Positions 36,982-48,210 are shown, counted from the first letter of the stretch. The stretch is DNA of 64,000 nucleotides from Oscillospiraceae bacterium (GCA_015063895.1 SVTG01000003.1:33253-97252); one strand, 5' to 3'. Numbers and translations: made by a program. The notes: generated from the letters alone by a model not told the origin.

Positions 36982-39416
36982 TATTTACCCTCTTTGGGCA
37001 TGCGCTCAAGATGCCAGATCTCGCGCGCATAATCGTGGATGCTGCGGTCAGCGGCAAAGAAGCCCGCACCCGCAATATTGGCAAGCGACATACGGTTCCA
37101 GCGCATTTTATCGGCATAGGCCGCAAGTGCCGCCACGTGTGCCTGACGGTAAGACTCAAAGTCTGCAAGGCAAAGATAGGGATCGGCCACGCCGGGCCCT
37201 GCCAGCAGATAAGTGGCAATATCCGAGAAGTTTTCACCCGCAAAGCCGACGTTTAAATAATTGACGATGCGCGCCAGACGCTCGTTTTGTGCGTAATACA
37301 GGGCGGAATTGTAGCCCTTATTCCAAAGCTCGCTGACCTCACGGCTGGTAAGACCGAAGATAAACATATTTTCAGGGCCCGTCGCCGCCTGCATTTCTAC
37401 GTTAGCGCCGTCAAGCGTACCGATCGTCAGGGCACCGTTGATCATCAGCTTCATACAGCCCGTGCCGCTGGCCTCCTTGCCCGCCATGGAGATCTGCTCA
37501 CTGATCTCAGCCGAGGGAATGAGTGCCTCTGCGGTGCTGACGTTATAATCCTCAAGGAAGATCACGCGCAGCTTAGCCGCGATCTGCGGGTGCTGCTCGA
37601 TATCCTTGCTGATCATACAAAGCAGCTTGATGATGCGCTTGGCCATCGCGTAGCCGGGGGCGGCCTTTGCACCGAAAATAAAGGTCTGGGGCTGCATATC
37701 AAGGTTGGGATTTTCCTTAAGATCCAGGTAAAGACCGATGATATTCAGGGCGTTGAGAAGCTGGCGCTTATACTCATGCAGACGCTTGATCTGCACGTCA
37801 AACACCGAATTGGTATCCAGCACCACGCCCGTTTTTTTCTTCAGAAGTGCGGCGAATTTCACCTTGTTGTTATGCTTGATCTCGGCAAGACGCTCCAGCA
37901 CGGCGGCATCGTCGCTGTACTTCAGGAACTCAGCCAGCCTTTCGGGCTCGTGGCGGTAATCCGGCCCGATACACTCGTCAAGCAGGGCGGCAAGCTCGGG
38001 ATTTGAATATACCAGCCAGCGACGGTGCGCAATACCGTTTGTCACGTTGGTAAAGCGGTCGGGATACATACGGTAAAAATCCTTAAACACGGTATCCACG
38101 AGAATATCCGAGTGAAGCTTTGACACGCCGTTGATCTTGTGCGAGCCGATGACCGAAAGATTGGCCATACGCACCTGCCCGTAGGCAATGATGCTCAGCG
38201 CCGAGATGCGGTTCCAGTTGCCGGGGAAATAGTTCCATGCCTCGCGACAGAAGCGCTCGTTGATCTCCTTAACGATCATGTGGATACGCGGCAGCTTCAG
38301 GGCAAACAGATCCTCATTCCAGGTCTCAAGCGCCTCGGGCATTACGGTATGATTGGTATAAGATACGGTACGGGTCACGATATCCCACGCCTTATCCCAG
38401 CTAAAGCAATACTCGTCAATCAGAATACGCATCAGCTCAGGAATGCAGAGTGCGGGGTGCGTGTCGTTGATGTGCACCGAAACCTTTTCGGGCAGATTAT
38501 CGAGATTGCCGTATACCGCCATATGGTCGCGAATAATGCTCTGGCAGGAGGCACATACGAGGAAATATTGCTGCGTCAAGCGCAAAAGCTTACCCTCTGT
38601 GTGGTTATCCGAGGGGTAAAGAACCTTGGTGATGATGTCGGCATTGTTGCTCTCCTCCATCGCGCGGGTATATTGACCCTGCGAGAAAAGACCCATGTTA
38701 AACTTACTGACGGGCCTTGCCTTCCACAAGCGAAGCTGAGAAACGGCATCACTGTCAGCACCCGAGATCATCATATCGTAGGGTACGGCCTCATAATCCT
38801 CGCCGCCCTCATAAATGATCTCCAGCTTGCCCTCGCGCCACTCCTCCTTGACGTGACCGCCGAAATGCACCTTGTATACGCGGTCGGCGCGCGGCGCCAG
38901 CCACACCTCGCCACCCGGAAGCCAGGCATCGGGGAGTTCAATTTGCATACCGTCCACGATCATTTGCTTAAAAAGACCGTATTCGTAGCAAAGCGAAAAA
39001 CCCGTGGCGGGATAATCAAGAGAGGAAAGCGAATCCATAAAGCAAGCGGCAAGTCGGCCAAGACCGCCGTTGCCAAGACCCGCATCGGGCTCGCACTCGT
39101 AAAGCTCCTCGAGGTCAAAGCCAAGGGATTTTAAGGCCTTGCCGTAGCTTTCCTGCAAGCCGAGATTGCAAAGATTGGTCTTGAGCGACCGACCGAGCAG
39201 AAATTCCATGCACATATAGTACACGCGCTTACCGCCTGCCTCGTTGACGCGATCTTTAAAGCTGCTGCGCTTCTCGGCAAGGATATCCTTGACCGTAAGA
39301 GCCGCCGCCTTATACAGCTGCTCACGCGTAGCCTCCTTTGCCGCGGTGCCGAAATGACGGGAAAGCTTTTCTTCAATATTCTTCTTTACTTCTTTTGCGT
39401 TAGGGGTATAGTTCAT
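36981..39416 (-). CDS. glgP: glycogen/alpha-glucan phosphorylase
   Basis: 811 aa with an EASGTGCMK PLP-lysine region and typical GT35 length. Confidence 0.95.
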   Translation of the reverse strand: MNYTPNAKEVKKNIEEKLSRHFGTAAKEATREQLYKAAALTVKDILAEKRSSFKDRVNEAGGKRVYYMCMEFLLGRSLKTNLCNLGLQESYGKALKSLGFDLEELYECEPDAGLGNGGLGRLAACFMDSLSSLDYPATGFSLCYEYGLFKQMIVDGMQIELPDAWLPGGEVWLAPRADRVYKVHFGGHVKEEWREGKLEIIYEGGEDYEAVPYDMMISGADSDAVSQLRLWKARPVSKFNMGLFSQGQYTRAMEESNNADIITKVLYPSDNHTEGKLLRLTQQYFLVCASCQSIIRDHMAVYGNLDNLPEKVSVHINDTHPALCIPELMRILIDEYCFSWDKAWDIVTRTVSYTNHTVMPEALETWNEDLFALKLPRIHMIVKEINERFCREAWNYFPGNWNRISALSIIAYGQVRMANLSVIGSHKINGVSKLHSDILVDTVFKDFYRMYPDRFTNVTNGIAHRRWLVYSNPELAALLDECIGPDYRHEPERLAEFLKYSDDAAVLERLAEIKHNNKVKFAALLKKKTGVVLDTNSVFDVQIKRLHEYKRQLLNALNIIGLYLDLKENPNLDMQPQTFIFGAKAAPGYAMAKRIIKLLCMISKDIEQHPQIAAKLRVIFLEDYNVSTAEALIPSAEISEQISMAGKEASGTGCMKLMINGALTIGTLDGANVEMQAATGPENMFIFGLTSREVSELWNKGYNSALYYAQNERLARIVNYLNVGFAGENFSDIATYLLAGPGVADPYLCLADFESYRQAHVAALAAYADKMRWNRMSLANIAGAGFFAADRSIHDYAREIWHLERMPKEGK

Positions 39417-39445
39417 CTTAGGGGTTCCTCCGGAAAATGCGTTCG

Positions 39446-40876
39446 TTAAATGTTGTCATACATAGCAAGGTAGTCGCGCGCCGCGGCAGACCAGGAAAAA
39501 TCGGTTCTCATGATCTTACCGATCAGGCGGTGGCGCTTTTCTTCATTACGCCACAGGGTAAGGGCGGCACACACGCGCTCATAAAGCTCAGCACCGCTGT
39601 ATCCCGCAAAGGTAAAGCCGTTGCCGTGGATCCTCTTCCCTTCCTCCCAGTAGCCCTTGATCGAATCGTAAAGGCCGCCCGTTTCGCGCACGACGGGAAT
39701 GGCGCCGTAGCGCGAGGCGATCATCTGCGACAGGCCGCAGGGCTCGGATTTTGAGGGCATGAGAAAGAGATCGCAAGCGGCATAGATCTGCTTGGCAAGG
39801 TCACGGTCATACTTAAGCAGCACCGATACCTTATCGGGGAAGCAGCGCGCAAGCTCGGTAAAATAGTGCTCAAATCGCTCCTCACCGCACCCAAGCACGA
39901 CCAGCTGCACATCACGCTCGCCCACCAGCTTACTTAAAATTTCGGTCATGATATCAAGCCCCTTGTGCGCCACCAGACGCGTGATCACCGCCATCATCGG
40001 CACGTCGCGACGGGCGGGGAGCCCGAGTGCGGACTGCAACGCCAGTTTATTCTCACACTTCAGCTCGCGTGTACGCCAATTATAGCGCACAGGGATCACA
40101 GGATCCCGGCCGGGGTTATAATACTTATAATCAATACCGTTGAGAATACCGCAAAGCTTGTGGCGGTTTTCTCTTAAGATCCCGTCAAGGCCGCGCCCGA
40201 AGGAGGGCGTGCAGATCTCCTCCGCGTAGCGGGGGCTGACGGTGCTGACGATGTCAGCCGATACGATGGCTGCCTTCATCAGATTGATGCAGCCGCCAAA
40301 GTCCATGAGCTCATAATGCTCAACGCCAAGGCCAAATACGTCACCGAGAATACCGAAGTTATACTGCCCCTGATATTCGATATTATGAATGGTAAAGACC
40401 GAGCGGATATTTTCATACTCGGCTCTTGCACGGTAGAGCGTGTTCAGATATACGACCGAAAGCGCTGCCTGCCAGTCGTGGGCATGCAGCACGTCGGGGT
40501 AAAAATCAAGGTGAGAAAGTGCCTCAAGCACGGCCTTTGAGAAGTACGCAAAGCGCTCACCGTCGTCAAAGCTGCCGTAAAGCGCATCACGCTTGAAGTA
40601 ATACTCATTATCTACAAAATAGTAAACGACGCCGTCCTTTTTCAGGGATTTGATGCCACAGTAAAGCGAGCGCCACGCAAGGTCGACGTTAAATATCGCC
40701 TCGTCCTTCATTTTGGCGCGCCACTCGCCCTTGACCTGTCCGTAAAGCGGCAGGATAACGCGCACGTCAGCGCCCTCCTTGGCAAGAGCCGCAGGCAAGG
40801 AGCCCATCACGTCACCAAGTCCGCCCGTCGCGGCAAAGGGCATCGCTTCAGCACCAACGAATAATATTTTTTTCAT
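39446..40876 (-). CDS. glgA: glycogen synthase (ADP-glucose type)
   Basis: N-terminus KILFVGAEAMPFAATGGLGDV, 476 aa. Confidence 0.95.
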   Translation of the reverse strand: MKKILFVGAEAMPFAATGGLGDVMGSLPAALAKEGADVRVILPLYGQVKGEWRAKMKDEAIFNVDLAWRSLYCGIKSLKKDGVVYYFVDNEYYFKRDALYGSFDDGERFAYFSKAVLEALSHLDFYPDVLHAHDWQAALSVVYLNTLYRARAEYENIRSVFTIHNIEYQGQYNFGILGDVFGLGVEHYELMDFGGCINLMKAAIVSADIVSTVSPRYAEEICTPSFGRGLDGILRENRHKLCGILNGIDYKYYNPGRDPVIPVRYNWRTRELKCENKLALQSALGLPARRDVPMMAVITRLVAHKGLDIMTEILSKLVGERDVQLVVLGCGEERFEHYFTELARCFPDKVSVLLKYDRDLAKQIYAACDLFLMPSKSEPCGLSQMIASRYGAIPVVRETGGLYDSIKGYWEEGKRIHGNGFTFAGYSGAELYERVCAALTLWRNEEKRHRLIGKIMRTDFSWSAAARDYLAMYDNI

Positions 40877-40941
40877 ATATGCTCCTAAAAATCAAATTGA
40901 GTCGGTTACCGCGACACCGCGGTGTCGCGGCAACAAAGCGA

Positions 40942-42078
40942 TTAAACCATCACGCCCTTACCGATATAAAACGGCATGCTTTCACACCCGCACAGCTCAC
41001 GCCCATCGCGCACCGTGACGTTTTTATCGGTGATCACGCAGGAAAGGCGCACGTTGTCGCCCGTTACGGTATCCTGCATCAGAATAGAGTTCTTAATCAC
41101 GGTTCCCTTACCGACCTTCACACCGCGGAAGAGTATGGAGTTTTCAACCGTGCCCTCGATCACGCATCCGTCAGCGATCATCGAGCCGCTGACCTTGGCG
41201 TTTTCGGTATAACGGGTAGGCACCGAATTGCGCACCTTGGTAAAGATGGGCTGATTGCGGCGATAGAACAAATTGACACGGTTTACGGGGTCAAGCAGAC
41301 GCATCGAGCACTTGAAGTAGCTTTCAAGGGAATTGACGCGCGCAAAAAATCCGTCGTATTCATACGCGTAAAACTTATCGTTTGCAAGATTGCGCAAAAT
41401 AAAGTCCTTATAAAAGCTCTTATGCCCGTGGGCGATCGCCTCGGTCACCACGCGCTTGAGGTACGTACGGTTGACAAGCCAGATATCGGCGCAGATCGTG
41501 ACCTTGCCCTGCTGACCGCTGTATTCGGCAAGATCGGTAATACGCCCGTTTGCATCAACGGTCGGCACCTCGGAATGATCGTCAAGCGTTTGAAGGGCGG
41601 TATCCACCGTAGCGGTGATCGCAGTGAAATCTGCGCCGCTTTGCTCGTGCGCCCTCATCACAGCGGCAATATCCACGTTACAAATAACGTCGCAGTCCGA
41701 CAGCACCAGCACATCCTCGGTGCAGCGATCGATGAAATTCATCACACCCATCAATGCCTCAAGACGGGTAGAATATACGCGCCCTGCGGCGGCATTGTCG
41801 TAGGCGGTGATGAAGGGGGGCAGGATCTTGATGCCGCCCGTGCGGCGCGCAAGATCCCAGTCCTTACCGTTGCCGATATGGTCAAGCAAGGACTGATAGT
41901 TGTAGTGCGTGATCACACCCACCTTGCTGATACCCGAGTTTACCATATTGGAAAGTGCAAAATCGATCAGACGGTATCGTCCGCCAAAGGGAATGCTCGC
42001 CATCGTACGGCGCCCGGTCAGCTCGGGCACGGTCGCATCGTGAATATTAGAAAAAATAATGCCTGCTGCAGTCATCAT
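40942..42078 (-). CDS. glgD: glucose-1-phosphate adenylyltransferase regulatory subunit GlgD
   Basis: Paralogue of GlgC that lacks the GGxGxRL motif, with a left-handed beta-helix C-terminus. ATGA overlap with glgC. Confidence 0.9.
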   Translation of the reverse strand: MMTAAGIIFSNIHDATVPELTGRRTMASIPFGGRYRLIDFALSNMVNSGISKVGVITHYNYQSLLDHIGNGKDWDLARRTGGIKILPPFITAYDNAAAGRVYSTRLEALMGVMNFIDRCTEDVLVLSDCDVICNVDIAAVMRAHEQSGADFTAITATVDTALQTLDDHSEVPTVDANGRITDLAEYSGQQGKVTICADIWLVNRTYLKRVVTEAIAHGHKSFYKDFILRNLANDKFYAYEYDGFFARVNSLESYFKCSMRLLDPVNRVNLFYRRNQPIFTKVRNSVPTRYTENAKVSGSMIADGCVIEGTVENSILFRGVKVGKGTVIKNSILMQDTVTGDNVRLSCVITDKNVTVRDGRELCGCESMPFYIGKGVMV

Positions 42079-43271
42079 TGTGCACCTCCCTTATCCGAAA
42101 CGATCTCGCCATCGGCGATCTCACCGTTTTCCTCAACCACAAAGCCCTCACCGACAACGGCAATGCCCTTGGCAGTGGCACGGGGCTTGCCGACGGTCGC
42201 ACCGCGGCAGATCCTCACGTCACGGTCAATGATCGCGTACGACACGCGTGCGCCCTCGTGCACGATGCAGTCGCCCATCAAAACGGCGTCCTCCACCACG
42301 GCACCCTCCATGACGCGCACGTTTTCGCCAAGCACCGAGTTGCGCACGGTCCCCAGGATCTCACACCCCTCGGTGATCGAGGCGTTTTCAATCACGGCGT
42401 TGGGGCCTACGTACTGGGGCGGCGCGTTTTCATGGCGCGAGAATACGCGCCAGCGCCCGTCGTTTAATTTCAGCACGGGATCGTCACCCAGGATATCCAT
42501 ATTGGCCTCCCAGAGTGAATCAATGGTGCCCACGTCCTTCCAGTAGCCGTCAAAGGAATAGGCCATCATTTTCTCACCTGCACCCAGCATAGCGGGAATG
42601 ATATTCTTGCCGAAGTCGTTGGCAGAATCGGGGTCCTTGGCATCGGCGATCAGATAATCAAAGAGCTTCTGACGGGTGAATACGTAAATACCCATCGAGG
42701 CCTTGGTGCTGTCGGGGTTCTTGGGCTTTTCGGTAAATTTGTAAATGGTGCCGTCCTCGTGCGTGCTCATGATACCGAAGCGGCTGGCCTCCTCCAGCGA
42801 CACGTCAAGCACGGCGATCGTGCAGGCAGCGCCCGTCTTCTTGTGATAATCGATCATTTTGGCGTAATCCATATGGTAGATATGGTCGCCCGACAGGATC
42901 AGCACGTACTCGGCATCGTAGCGCTCGATAAACTGCATATTCTGATAAATGGCGTTGGCGGTACCCTTGTACCAGTCAGCGCCGCTCTTGCCCTGATACG
43001 GCGGCAGGATCTTCACACCGCCGTAGTTGCGGTCAAGGTCCCAGGGCAGACCCGTACCGATGTATTCGTTGAGCACCAGGGGCTGGTATTGCGTGAGCAC
43101 GCCCACGGTATCAAGTCCCGAGTTCACACAGTTTGAAAGGGGAAAGTCAATGATGCGGTATTTACCGCCAAAGGTCACGGCAGGCTTGGCCGTTTTGTCG
43201 GTGAGTGCATAGAGTCTGCTACCCTGACCGCCCGCCAGGAGCATTGCCACGCATTCTTTTTTCTTAAACAT
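42075..43271 (-). CDS. glgC: glucose-1-phosphate adenylyltransferase
   Basis: Motifs LAGGQGSRL and [10 protein letters not shown]. Confidence 0.95.
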   Translation of the reverse strand: MFKKKECVAMLLAGGQGSRLYALTDKTAKPAVTFGGKYRIIDFPLSNCVNSGLDTVGVLTQYQPLVLNEYIGTGLPWDLDRNYGGVKILPPYQGKSGADWYKGTANAIYQNMQFIERYDAEYVLILSGDHIYHMDYAKMIDYHKKTGAACTIAVLDVSLEEASRFGIMSTHEDGTIYKFTEKPKNPDSTKASMGIYVFTRQKLFDYLIADAKDPDSANDFGKNIIPAMLGAGEKMMAYSFDGYWKDVGTIDSLWEANMDILGDDPVLKLNDGRWRVFSRHENAPPQYVGPNAVIENASITEGCEILGTVRNSVLGENVRVMEGAVVEDAVLMGDCIVHEGARVSYAIIDRDVRICRGATVGKPRATAKGIAVVGEGFVVEENGEIADGEIVSDKGGAQ

Positions 43272-43354
43272 AATCTATCCTCCATAATTTTTTGATACGA
43301 TATGATCGGGGTCAAAGGGATTGCGGGGGACGTTGCTTCATGTAAGCCTCGCGG

Positions 43355-45247
43355 CTATTGCTTTTTGGGAAATTTGCGCTGACATTTTAAAATGACAGCG
43401 CCAAGGGGCGGCAAGGTGAGCTTCAGTGACTGCGCCTGCCCGTGCATGGGCGTTTTCTCGGTGCGCAGCGTGCCGCCGTGCACGCACCCACCGCCGCCAA
43501 AGCAAGCGTCGTCGGAATTTAACACCTCCTGCCATATGCCGTGTTGCGGTACGCCCACACGGAATTGCTCGCGCAAAACGGGAGTGAAATTGAGGATCAC
43601 CACCACCTCGCGCCCTTTTTTATCCATACGGCGATAGGAGATCACGCTCTGGTCACAGTTATCGGGATCGATCCACTGAAAGCCATCCCAGCCGCCGTCG
43701 CGCTCATAGAGTGCGGGAGTCTGCAAATACAGATGATTGAGCGCCGCCGCATACCGCTGAAATTCGGCGTGACGCGGATAGTCGAGCAAGAACCACTCGA
43801 GCTCGTTTTCATAATCCCACTCGCGGAACTGGGCGATCTCGCTGCCCATGAACAGCAGCTTTTTACCGGGGTGTGTCATCATATACGCCAGATGCGCGCG
43901 GGCACCTGCAAACTTTTGGTCATAGTCACCCGGATTGCGATCAAGGAAGGATTTTTTGCCGTGCACCACCTCGTCGTGTGAGATCGGCAGCACGTATTTT
44001 TCACCAAAGGCATAGGAAAGCGAGAAGGTCAGCTTCCCGTGATTGAATTTGCGGTAAATGGGGTCTGTCTCGGCATAAGAGAGCGTATCGTTCATCCAGC
44101 CCATATTCCACTTTAAGGTGAAGCCAAGACCGCCGTTTTCAAGACCGGTGAGATTTCCCCACGCGGTAGACTCCTCCGCGATCATCAAAACGTCGGGGAA
44201 CGCGCCGCGCATGTGCGCGTTTAATTTGCGGAAGAAGGCCATTGCCTCAAGATTGCGGTTATCGCCGTATACGTTGGGCACCCATTCGTCGGGGGTGCGG
44301 TCGTAATCGAGATACAGCATGGAGGCGACCGCATCAACACGCAGCCCATCGGCGTGATAGCGCTCCGCCCAGTAGGTGGCGTTGGAGATCAGAAAACTCT
44401 GTATCTCCTCACGTCCCACGTCAAAGCAGCGTGTGCCCCAGCCGCGGTGCTCCTGTCTGTCCTTGCCCTGATACTCGTAAAGCGGCTCGCCGTCAAACTC
44501 GTAAAGCCCCTGCGCGTCCTTGGGGAAATGCGCGGGCACCCAGTCAAGGATCACGCCGATCCCCGCCTCGTGCATCGTATCCACAAAGGCCATAAAATCG
44601 TGTGGCGTGCCATAGCGCGAGGTGGGGGCAAAATAGCCCGTGACCTGATAGCCCCACGAGCCATCGTAGGGGTGCTCCATGACAGGTAAGAGCTCTACGT
44701 GCGTGTAGCCCATTTGCTTGACGTAGGTGGCAAGCTCGCGCGCCGTTTCGGCATAGGTATAATAGCTGCCGTCGGTATGCCTTTTCCAGGACCCAAGGTG
44801 CACCTCGTAAATATTGAGCGCACGCTCCTGGATCGCTTTCTTTGCCTCGCGGCGGCGGTAAGCGAGCCAACCGTCATCGCGCCATTTGTAGCCGTCGATA
44901 TCAAAATAGATCGAGGCGGTTTCGGGATATTGCCCCGCATAGGTGCCATACGGGTCGCTTTTATACACGTCGCCATGCGGTGTTTTCATTTTAAATTTAT
45001 ACAGCTGTCCCTGCCCAAAGCAAGACGCAGGGAGCGTCGCCTCAAACACGCCGCCGTCGGTGACGCGCGTCATCGGATGGCTTTCCTGCCAGCCGTTAAA
45101 ATCGCCCACCACAAAGGCCGCCTCGGCGTGCGGTGCCCACACACGAAATACAAATCCGTGTGCAACACGGTGCACGCCAAGATACTCGTGCGCGTGATAA
45201 TTGGTGCCCTGATGAAACAAATACGGCGCCAACGTATTTTCCTGCAT
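43355..45247 (-). CDS. glgB: 1,4-alpha-glucan branching enzyme
   Basis: 630 aa with an N-terminal CBM48-like region plus GH13 catalytic motifs (DWVPAHF, GLRVDAV, AEEST). Confidence 0.95.
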   Translation of the reverse strand: MQENTLAPYLFHQGTNYHAHEYLGVHRVAHGFVFRVWAPHAEAAFVVGDFNGWQESHPMTRVTDGGVFEATLPASCFGQGQLYKFKMKTPHGDVYKSDPYGTYAGQYPETASIYFDIDGYKWRDDGWLAYRRREAKKAIQERALNIYEVHLGSWKRHTDGSYYTYAETARELATYVKQMGYTHVELLPVMEHPYDGSWGYQVTGYFAPTSRYGTPHDFMAFVDTMHEAGIGVILDWVPAHFPKDAQGLYEFDGEPLYEYQGKDRQEHRGWGTRCFDVGREEIQSFLISNATYWAERYHADGLRVDAVASMLYLDYDRTPDEWVPNVYGDNRNLEAMAFFRKLNAHMRGAFPDVLMIAEESTAWGNLTGLENGGLGFTLKWNMGWMNDTLSYAETDPIYRKFNHGKLTFSLSYAFGEKYVLPISHDEVVHGKKSFLDRNPGDYDQKFAGARAHLAYMMTHPGKKLLFMGSEIAQFREWDYENELEWFLLDYPRHAEFQRYAAALNHLYLQTPALYERDGGWDGFQWIDPDNCDQSVISYRRMDKKGREVVVILNFTPVLREQFRVGVPQHGIWQEVLNSDDACFGGGGCVHGGTLRTEKTPMHGQAQSLKLTLPPLGAVILKCQRKFPKKQ

Positions 45248-45448
45248 GCGCCCACCTCCTTGACCGTGTAATTATTCAAAAGCGATGCCTAATTTTATTA
45301 TAACATTACTATGTATAAAAAACAATACGTTTTTCAACGATTTTATATACAAATTCTGACAGTAATTGCAAAAATATACCGTTTTTTTGCACGCCCCGCA
45401 TTTTTTCAAAAAATTCAAAAACCGCCGTCAACTTCCCTGCGTTTGGCA

Positions 45449-45477
45449 TTGACATTTTCAAAGCGTTTTGTTATAAT
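45449..45477 (+). promoter_or_regulatory. consensus SigA promoter, TTGACA-17-(TGt)TATAAT
   Basis: TTGACA at 45449-45454, a 17-nt spacer, then TATAAT at 45472-45477 preceded by TGt. Confidence 0.6.
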
Positions 45478-45535
45478 ATTATGTTGAGGATATATTATCT
45501 ATTTGCACTTTTCGGGCAGAAGAAAGGAGGGCGCC

Positions 45536-46585
45536 GTGTCGGATCTGTTTTTTCCGCAGTTTGCAGGCAACAGCACCTTACGCGCGCAGCTTGCCACCGA
45601 CCTGCGCCATGCCACCTTTTCTCACGCCTATATTTTAGAGGGGCCACAGGGCTTCGGAAAGCATACGCTCGCCCGTCTGATCGCGATGGCCGCCGCCTGC
45701 GAAAGGCGCACCGACGAAGGCGCACCCCTGCCGTGCGGTCAGTGCAAATTCTGCCGCAAGATCGCCGCCGGAAACTGCCACGACGTCATCACCGTGTCGC
45801 GTGAGGCCGACCGCGCTACAATGGGCGTAAACGTGATCCGCGATCTGCGACGCGGCATTGCCGCCGTCCCCAACGACCTCAATTTGAAGATATATATCAT
45901 CGAAGACGCACACACCATGACCGAGGAGGCGCAAAACGCCTTTCTGCTCACCCTGGAGGAGCCGCCCCCCTTCGTGCTGTTCTTGCTCCTGACCGAAAAT
46001 GCAGGTGCACTGCTTGAGACCATTCGCTCCCGTGCGCCGCGTCTGCGCTTACAGCCGATCGCACGCGAGGCGCTGGCCGAGCATCTGCTCCACTCACCCG
46101 AAGGGATCTCCGCGGGCGCACCTACGTTAAAGCGCGAGGCAAGTGAAGAATTTGAGGCATTGCTGACACTCTCCGGCGGTTCGATCGGGCGTGCTCTCAC
46201 ACTGCTTGATGCCACCGCACGCGCGCCGCATCTGCAATACCGTGAAAACGCCAAGCGCCTGCTCGCATTGCTGGCCGACCGAGATAAGGGCGAGGGAATT
46301 TTGCTGCTGCTGCGCTCGTTTGGCACCGTACGCCAGGAGGTGCTGGCACAGCTGAGTGCCGTTTCGCTTGCTCTGCGCGATCTCATTCTGCTCTCGCAAA
46401 GCGAGCACGCTCCCCTGATCTTTTTTACCGACCGCGAGGCAGCCACAGACCTTGCCGAGAGCTTTACGGCTATGCGCCTGTTTTCTCTTGGAGAGCAGAT
46501 CGCCGCAGCCGAGGCGATGCTGGAGCGCAACGCAAACGTCAGGCTGACGCTGACCCATTTGTTTACGCAACTTCTTAACACATAA
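45536..46585 (+). CDS. holB: DNA polymerase III subunit delta'
   Basis: Motifs HAYILEGPQGFGK and CGQCKFCRK (zinc module), and synteny with yaaT. GTG start at 45536, 5 nt after AAAGGAGG. Confidence 0.85.
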   Translation: MSDLFFPQFAGNSTLRAQLATDLRHATFSHAYILEGPQGFGKHTLARLIAMAAACERRTDEGAPLPCGQCKFCRKIAAGNCHDVITVSREADRATMGVNVIRDLRRGIAAVPNDLNLKIYIIEDAHTMTEEAQNAFLLTLEEPPPFVLFLLLTENAGALLETIRSRAPRLRLQPIAREALAEHLLHSPEGISAGAPTLKREASEEFEALLTLSGGSIGRALTLLDATARAPHLQYRENAKRLLALLADRDKGEGILLLLRSFGTVRQEVLAQLSAVSLALRDLILLSQSEHAPLIFFTDREAATDLAESFTAMRLFSLGEQIAAAEAMLERNANVRLTLTHLFTQLLNT

Positions 46586-46619
46586 TGCGCCTTTGTTATA
46601 GCAAAGGCAGGGAGATACT

Positions 46620-48128
46620 ATGGAACAAAAGAAAAAATTTCACACCAAAAAAGAGGGAGAGCCGCGCATTTCGGTGCGCCCCGGCAACTTCATCGTGCCG
46701 GGTGAAAAGCCCACCCCCTCGTCGGATCCCGCACGTCGCGAGACAGCCGATGGCAATAAAGCGACGCAGAACGCCGGTGGCAGCAGCCACGGCAAGGGCG
46801 GTAATCACCGCCGCGGCCGTCGCGGACGCCGCGGTCAGGGACACGACAACGCACCCCGTCAGGGCGAGGCACGCACCGAGCAGGTAAAGCAGCAGGAAGC
46901 CGCCACCAAAGCGCCACAGCCGACCGAGGGGCACAAGAAAGGGCACGACCGTCATCACGGCAGAAACCGCCGCCGTCAATCGCCCGCCCCCCAGATAGCC
47001 GAGCCGACGCCGACACCCATGGCGCCCCCCGTAGCGGCACCCGAGATCACCCCCTCACTGCAACGCGAGCTTGATGCGCAGTTCTCTGCCCCCGTGTCGC
47101 TGCCCACCTCGCTTGTCATTGATAACGGCCATCACCTCACCGAGGAGGAGCGCGCCGCGCTTGAAAAGGAATTTGCCGTTGATATCGCGACCGCCTCGTA
47201 TCTGATCGAGGACGTACCCTGCGGCTTTCCCGCGCCCGACGGCAATGCCGTTGAGGTCATCGGCGTGCGTTTCCGCAAAACGGGCAAGGTCTACTTCTTT
47301 GCCCCCGCCGGTGAGCGCTTTAAGATCGGTGAAGCCGCTATCGTGGATACGGCACGCGGTCCCGAGCTTGGCGAGGTTGCCATGCTCAACCGCAAAATGG
47401 CAGAAAAGGATATCGTACAGCCCTTGCGCTCTGTGATCCGTCGCGCCACCGAGGAGGATATTGCGCACCACGAGGAAAACCGTCAAAAGGAAAAAGAGGC
47501 GCTGAAGATCTGCGCGGAAAAGATCGCGACGCACAAGCTTGAAATGCATCTGGTAGACGCACAGTATGCCTTTGATAACTCCAAGCTTTTGTTCTATTTC
47601 ACCTCCGAGGGCCGCGTGGATTTCCGTGAGCTGGTGCGCGACTTAGCAGGTGTCTTCCGCACGCGCATCGAGCTCCGTCAGATCGGCATTCGCGACGAGT
47701 CGCGCCTGATCGGCGGTCTTGGTATGTGCGGTCGCCCCTTCTGCTGTGCCACGTTCCTGTCGGATTTCGGTCAGGTATCGGTCAAAATGGCAAAGGAGCA
47801 AGGGCTTTCCATCAACACCTCTAAAATTTCGGGGTGCTGCGGCCGCCTGATGTGCTGCCTGCGCTACGAGCACGAAAGCTATGCGGCAGAGGCTGCCCTC
47901 ACGCCCAAGAAGGATGCACGCGTCATCACCCCCGACGGGCCCGGCACCGTGACCGAGGCCACACCCCTGCTTGGCACCGTTAAGGTCGCGCTTGACGGCG
48001 CAGAGGCCGGCACGACCGCCACGTATCACCGCGACGTGCTGACGCTCATCGGCAAGCAGGAGGGCGAAAAAACGCCGCCCTGCAAGAAGCCGCAGCAGGA
48101 AAACGACAGCAGCACCGCCGCGGAATAA
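46620..48128 (+). CDS. PSP1 domain protein (YaaT/RicT homologue) with a long N-terminal basic extension
   Basis: The PSP1 body starts near residue 211 (VIGVRFRKTGKVYFF) and includes the Cys motif GMCGRPFCC...CGRLMCCLRYE. The RBS GGGAGA precedes the ATG at 46620. Confidence 0.8.
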   Translation: MEQKKKFHTKKEGEPRISVRPGNFIVPGEKPTPSSDPARRETADGNKATQNAGGSSHGKGGNHRRGRRGRRGQGHDNAPRQGEARTEQVKQQEAATKAPQPTEGHKKGHDRHHGRNRRRQSPAPQIAEPTPTPMAPPVAAPEITPSLQRELDAQFSAPVSLPTSLVIDNGHHLTEEERAALEKEFAVDIATASYLIEDVPCGFPAPDGNAVEVIGVRFRKTGKVYFFAPAGERFKIGEAAIVDTARGPELGEVAMLNRKMAEKDIVQPLRSVIRRATEEDIAHHEENRQKEKEALKICAEKIATHKLEMHLVDAQYAFDNSKLLFYFTSEGRVDFRELVRDLAGVFRTRIELRQIGIRDESRLIGGLGMCGRPFCCATFLSDFGQVSVKMAKEQGLSINTSKISGCCGRLMCCLRYEHESYAAEAALTPKKDARVITPDGPGTVTEATPLLGTVKVALDGAEAGTTATYHRDVLTLIGKQEGEKTPPCKKPQQENDSSTAAE

Positions 48129-48182
48129 CCGAGCAATGAACACGCTGCCAAAAATTTATTCAAACTTTTTCGTCGAAAACAG

Positions 48183-48210
48183 TTGCTTTTTTTCAAAAAT
48201 GTGCTACAAT
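48183..48210 (+). promoter_or_regulatory. SigA-type promoter, TTGCTT-16-(TGc)TACAAT
   Basis: TTGCTT at 48183-48188, then TACAAT at 48205-48210 with an extended -10 TG. Confidence 0.45.

Noticed and set aside
40909-40930. 10-bp GC palindrome CCGCGACACC-GC-GGTGTCGCGG between glgD and glgA as a terminator
   Set aside because: It has no U-tract and lies inside a clearly polycistronic glg operon. It is more likely an intercistronic stabilising or processing hairpin, which is too minor for a separate claim.
35062-45247. Glycogen cluster as an unusual system
   Set aside because: glgB-C-D-A-P plus a GH13 debranching/neopullulanase-type enzyme is the standard Firmicute arrangement. Only the trailing 114-aa ORF is unexplained, and it is reported separately.
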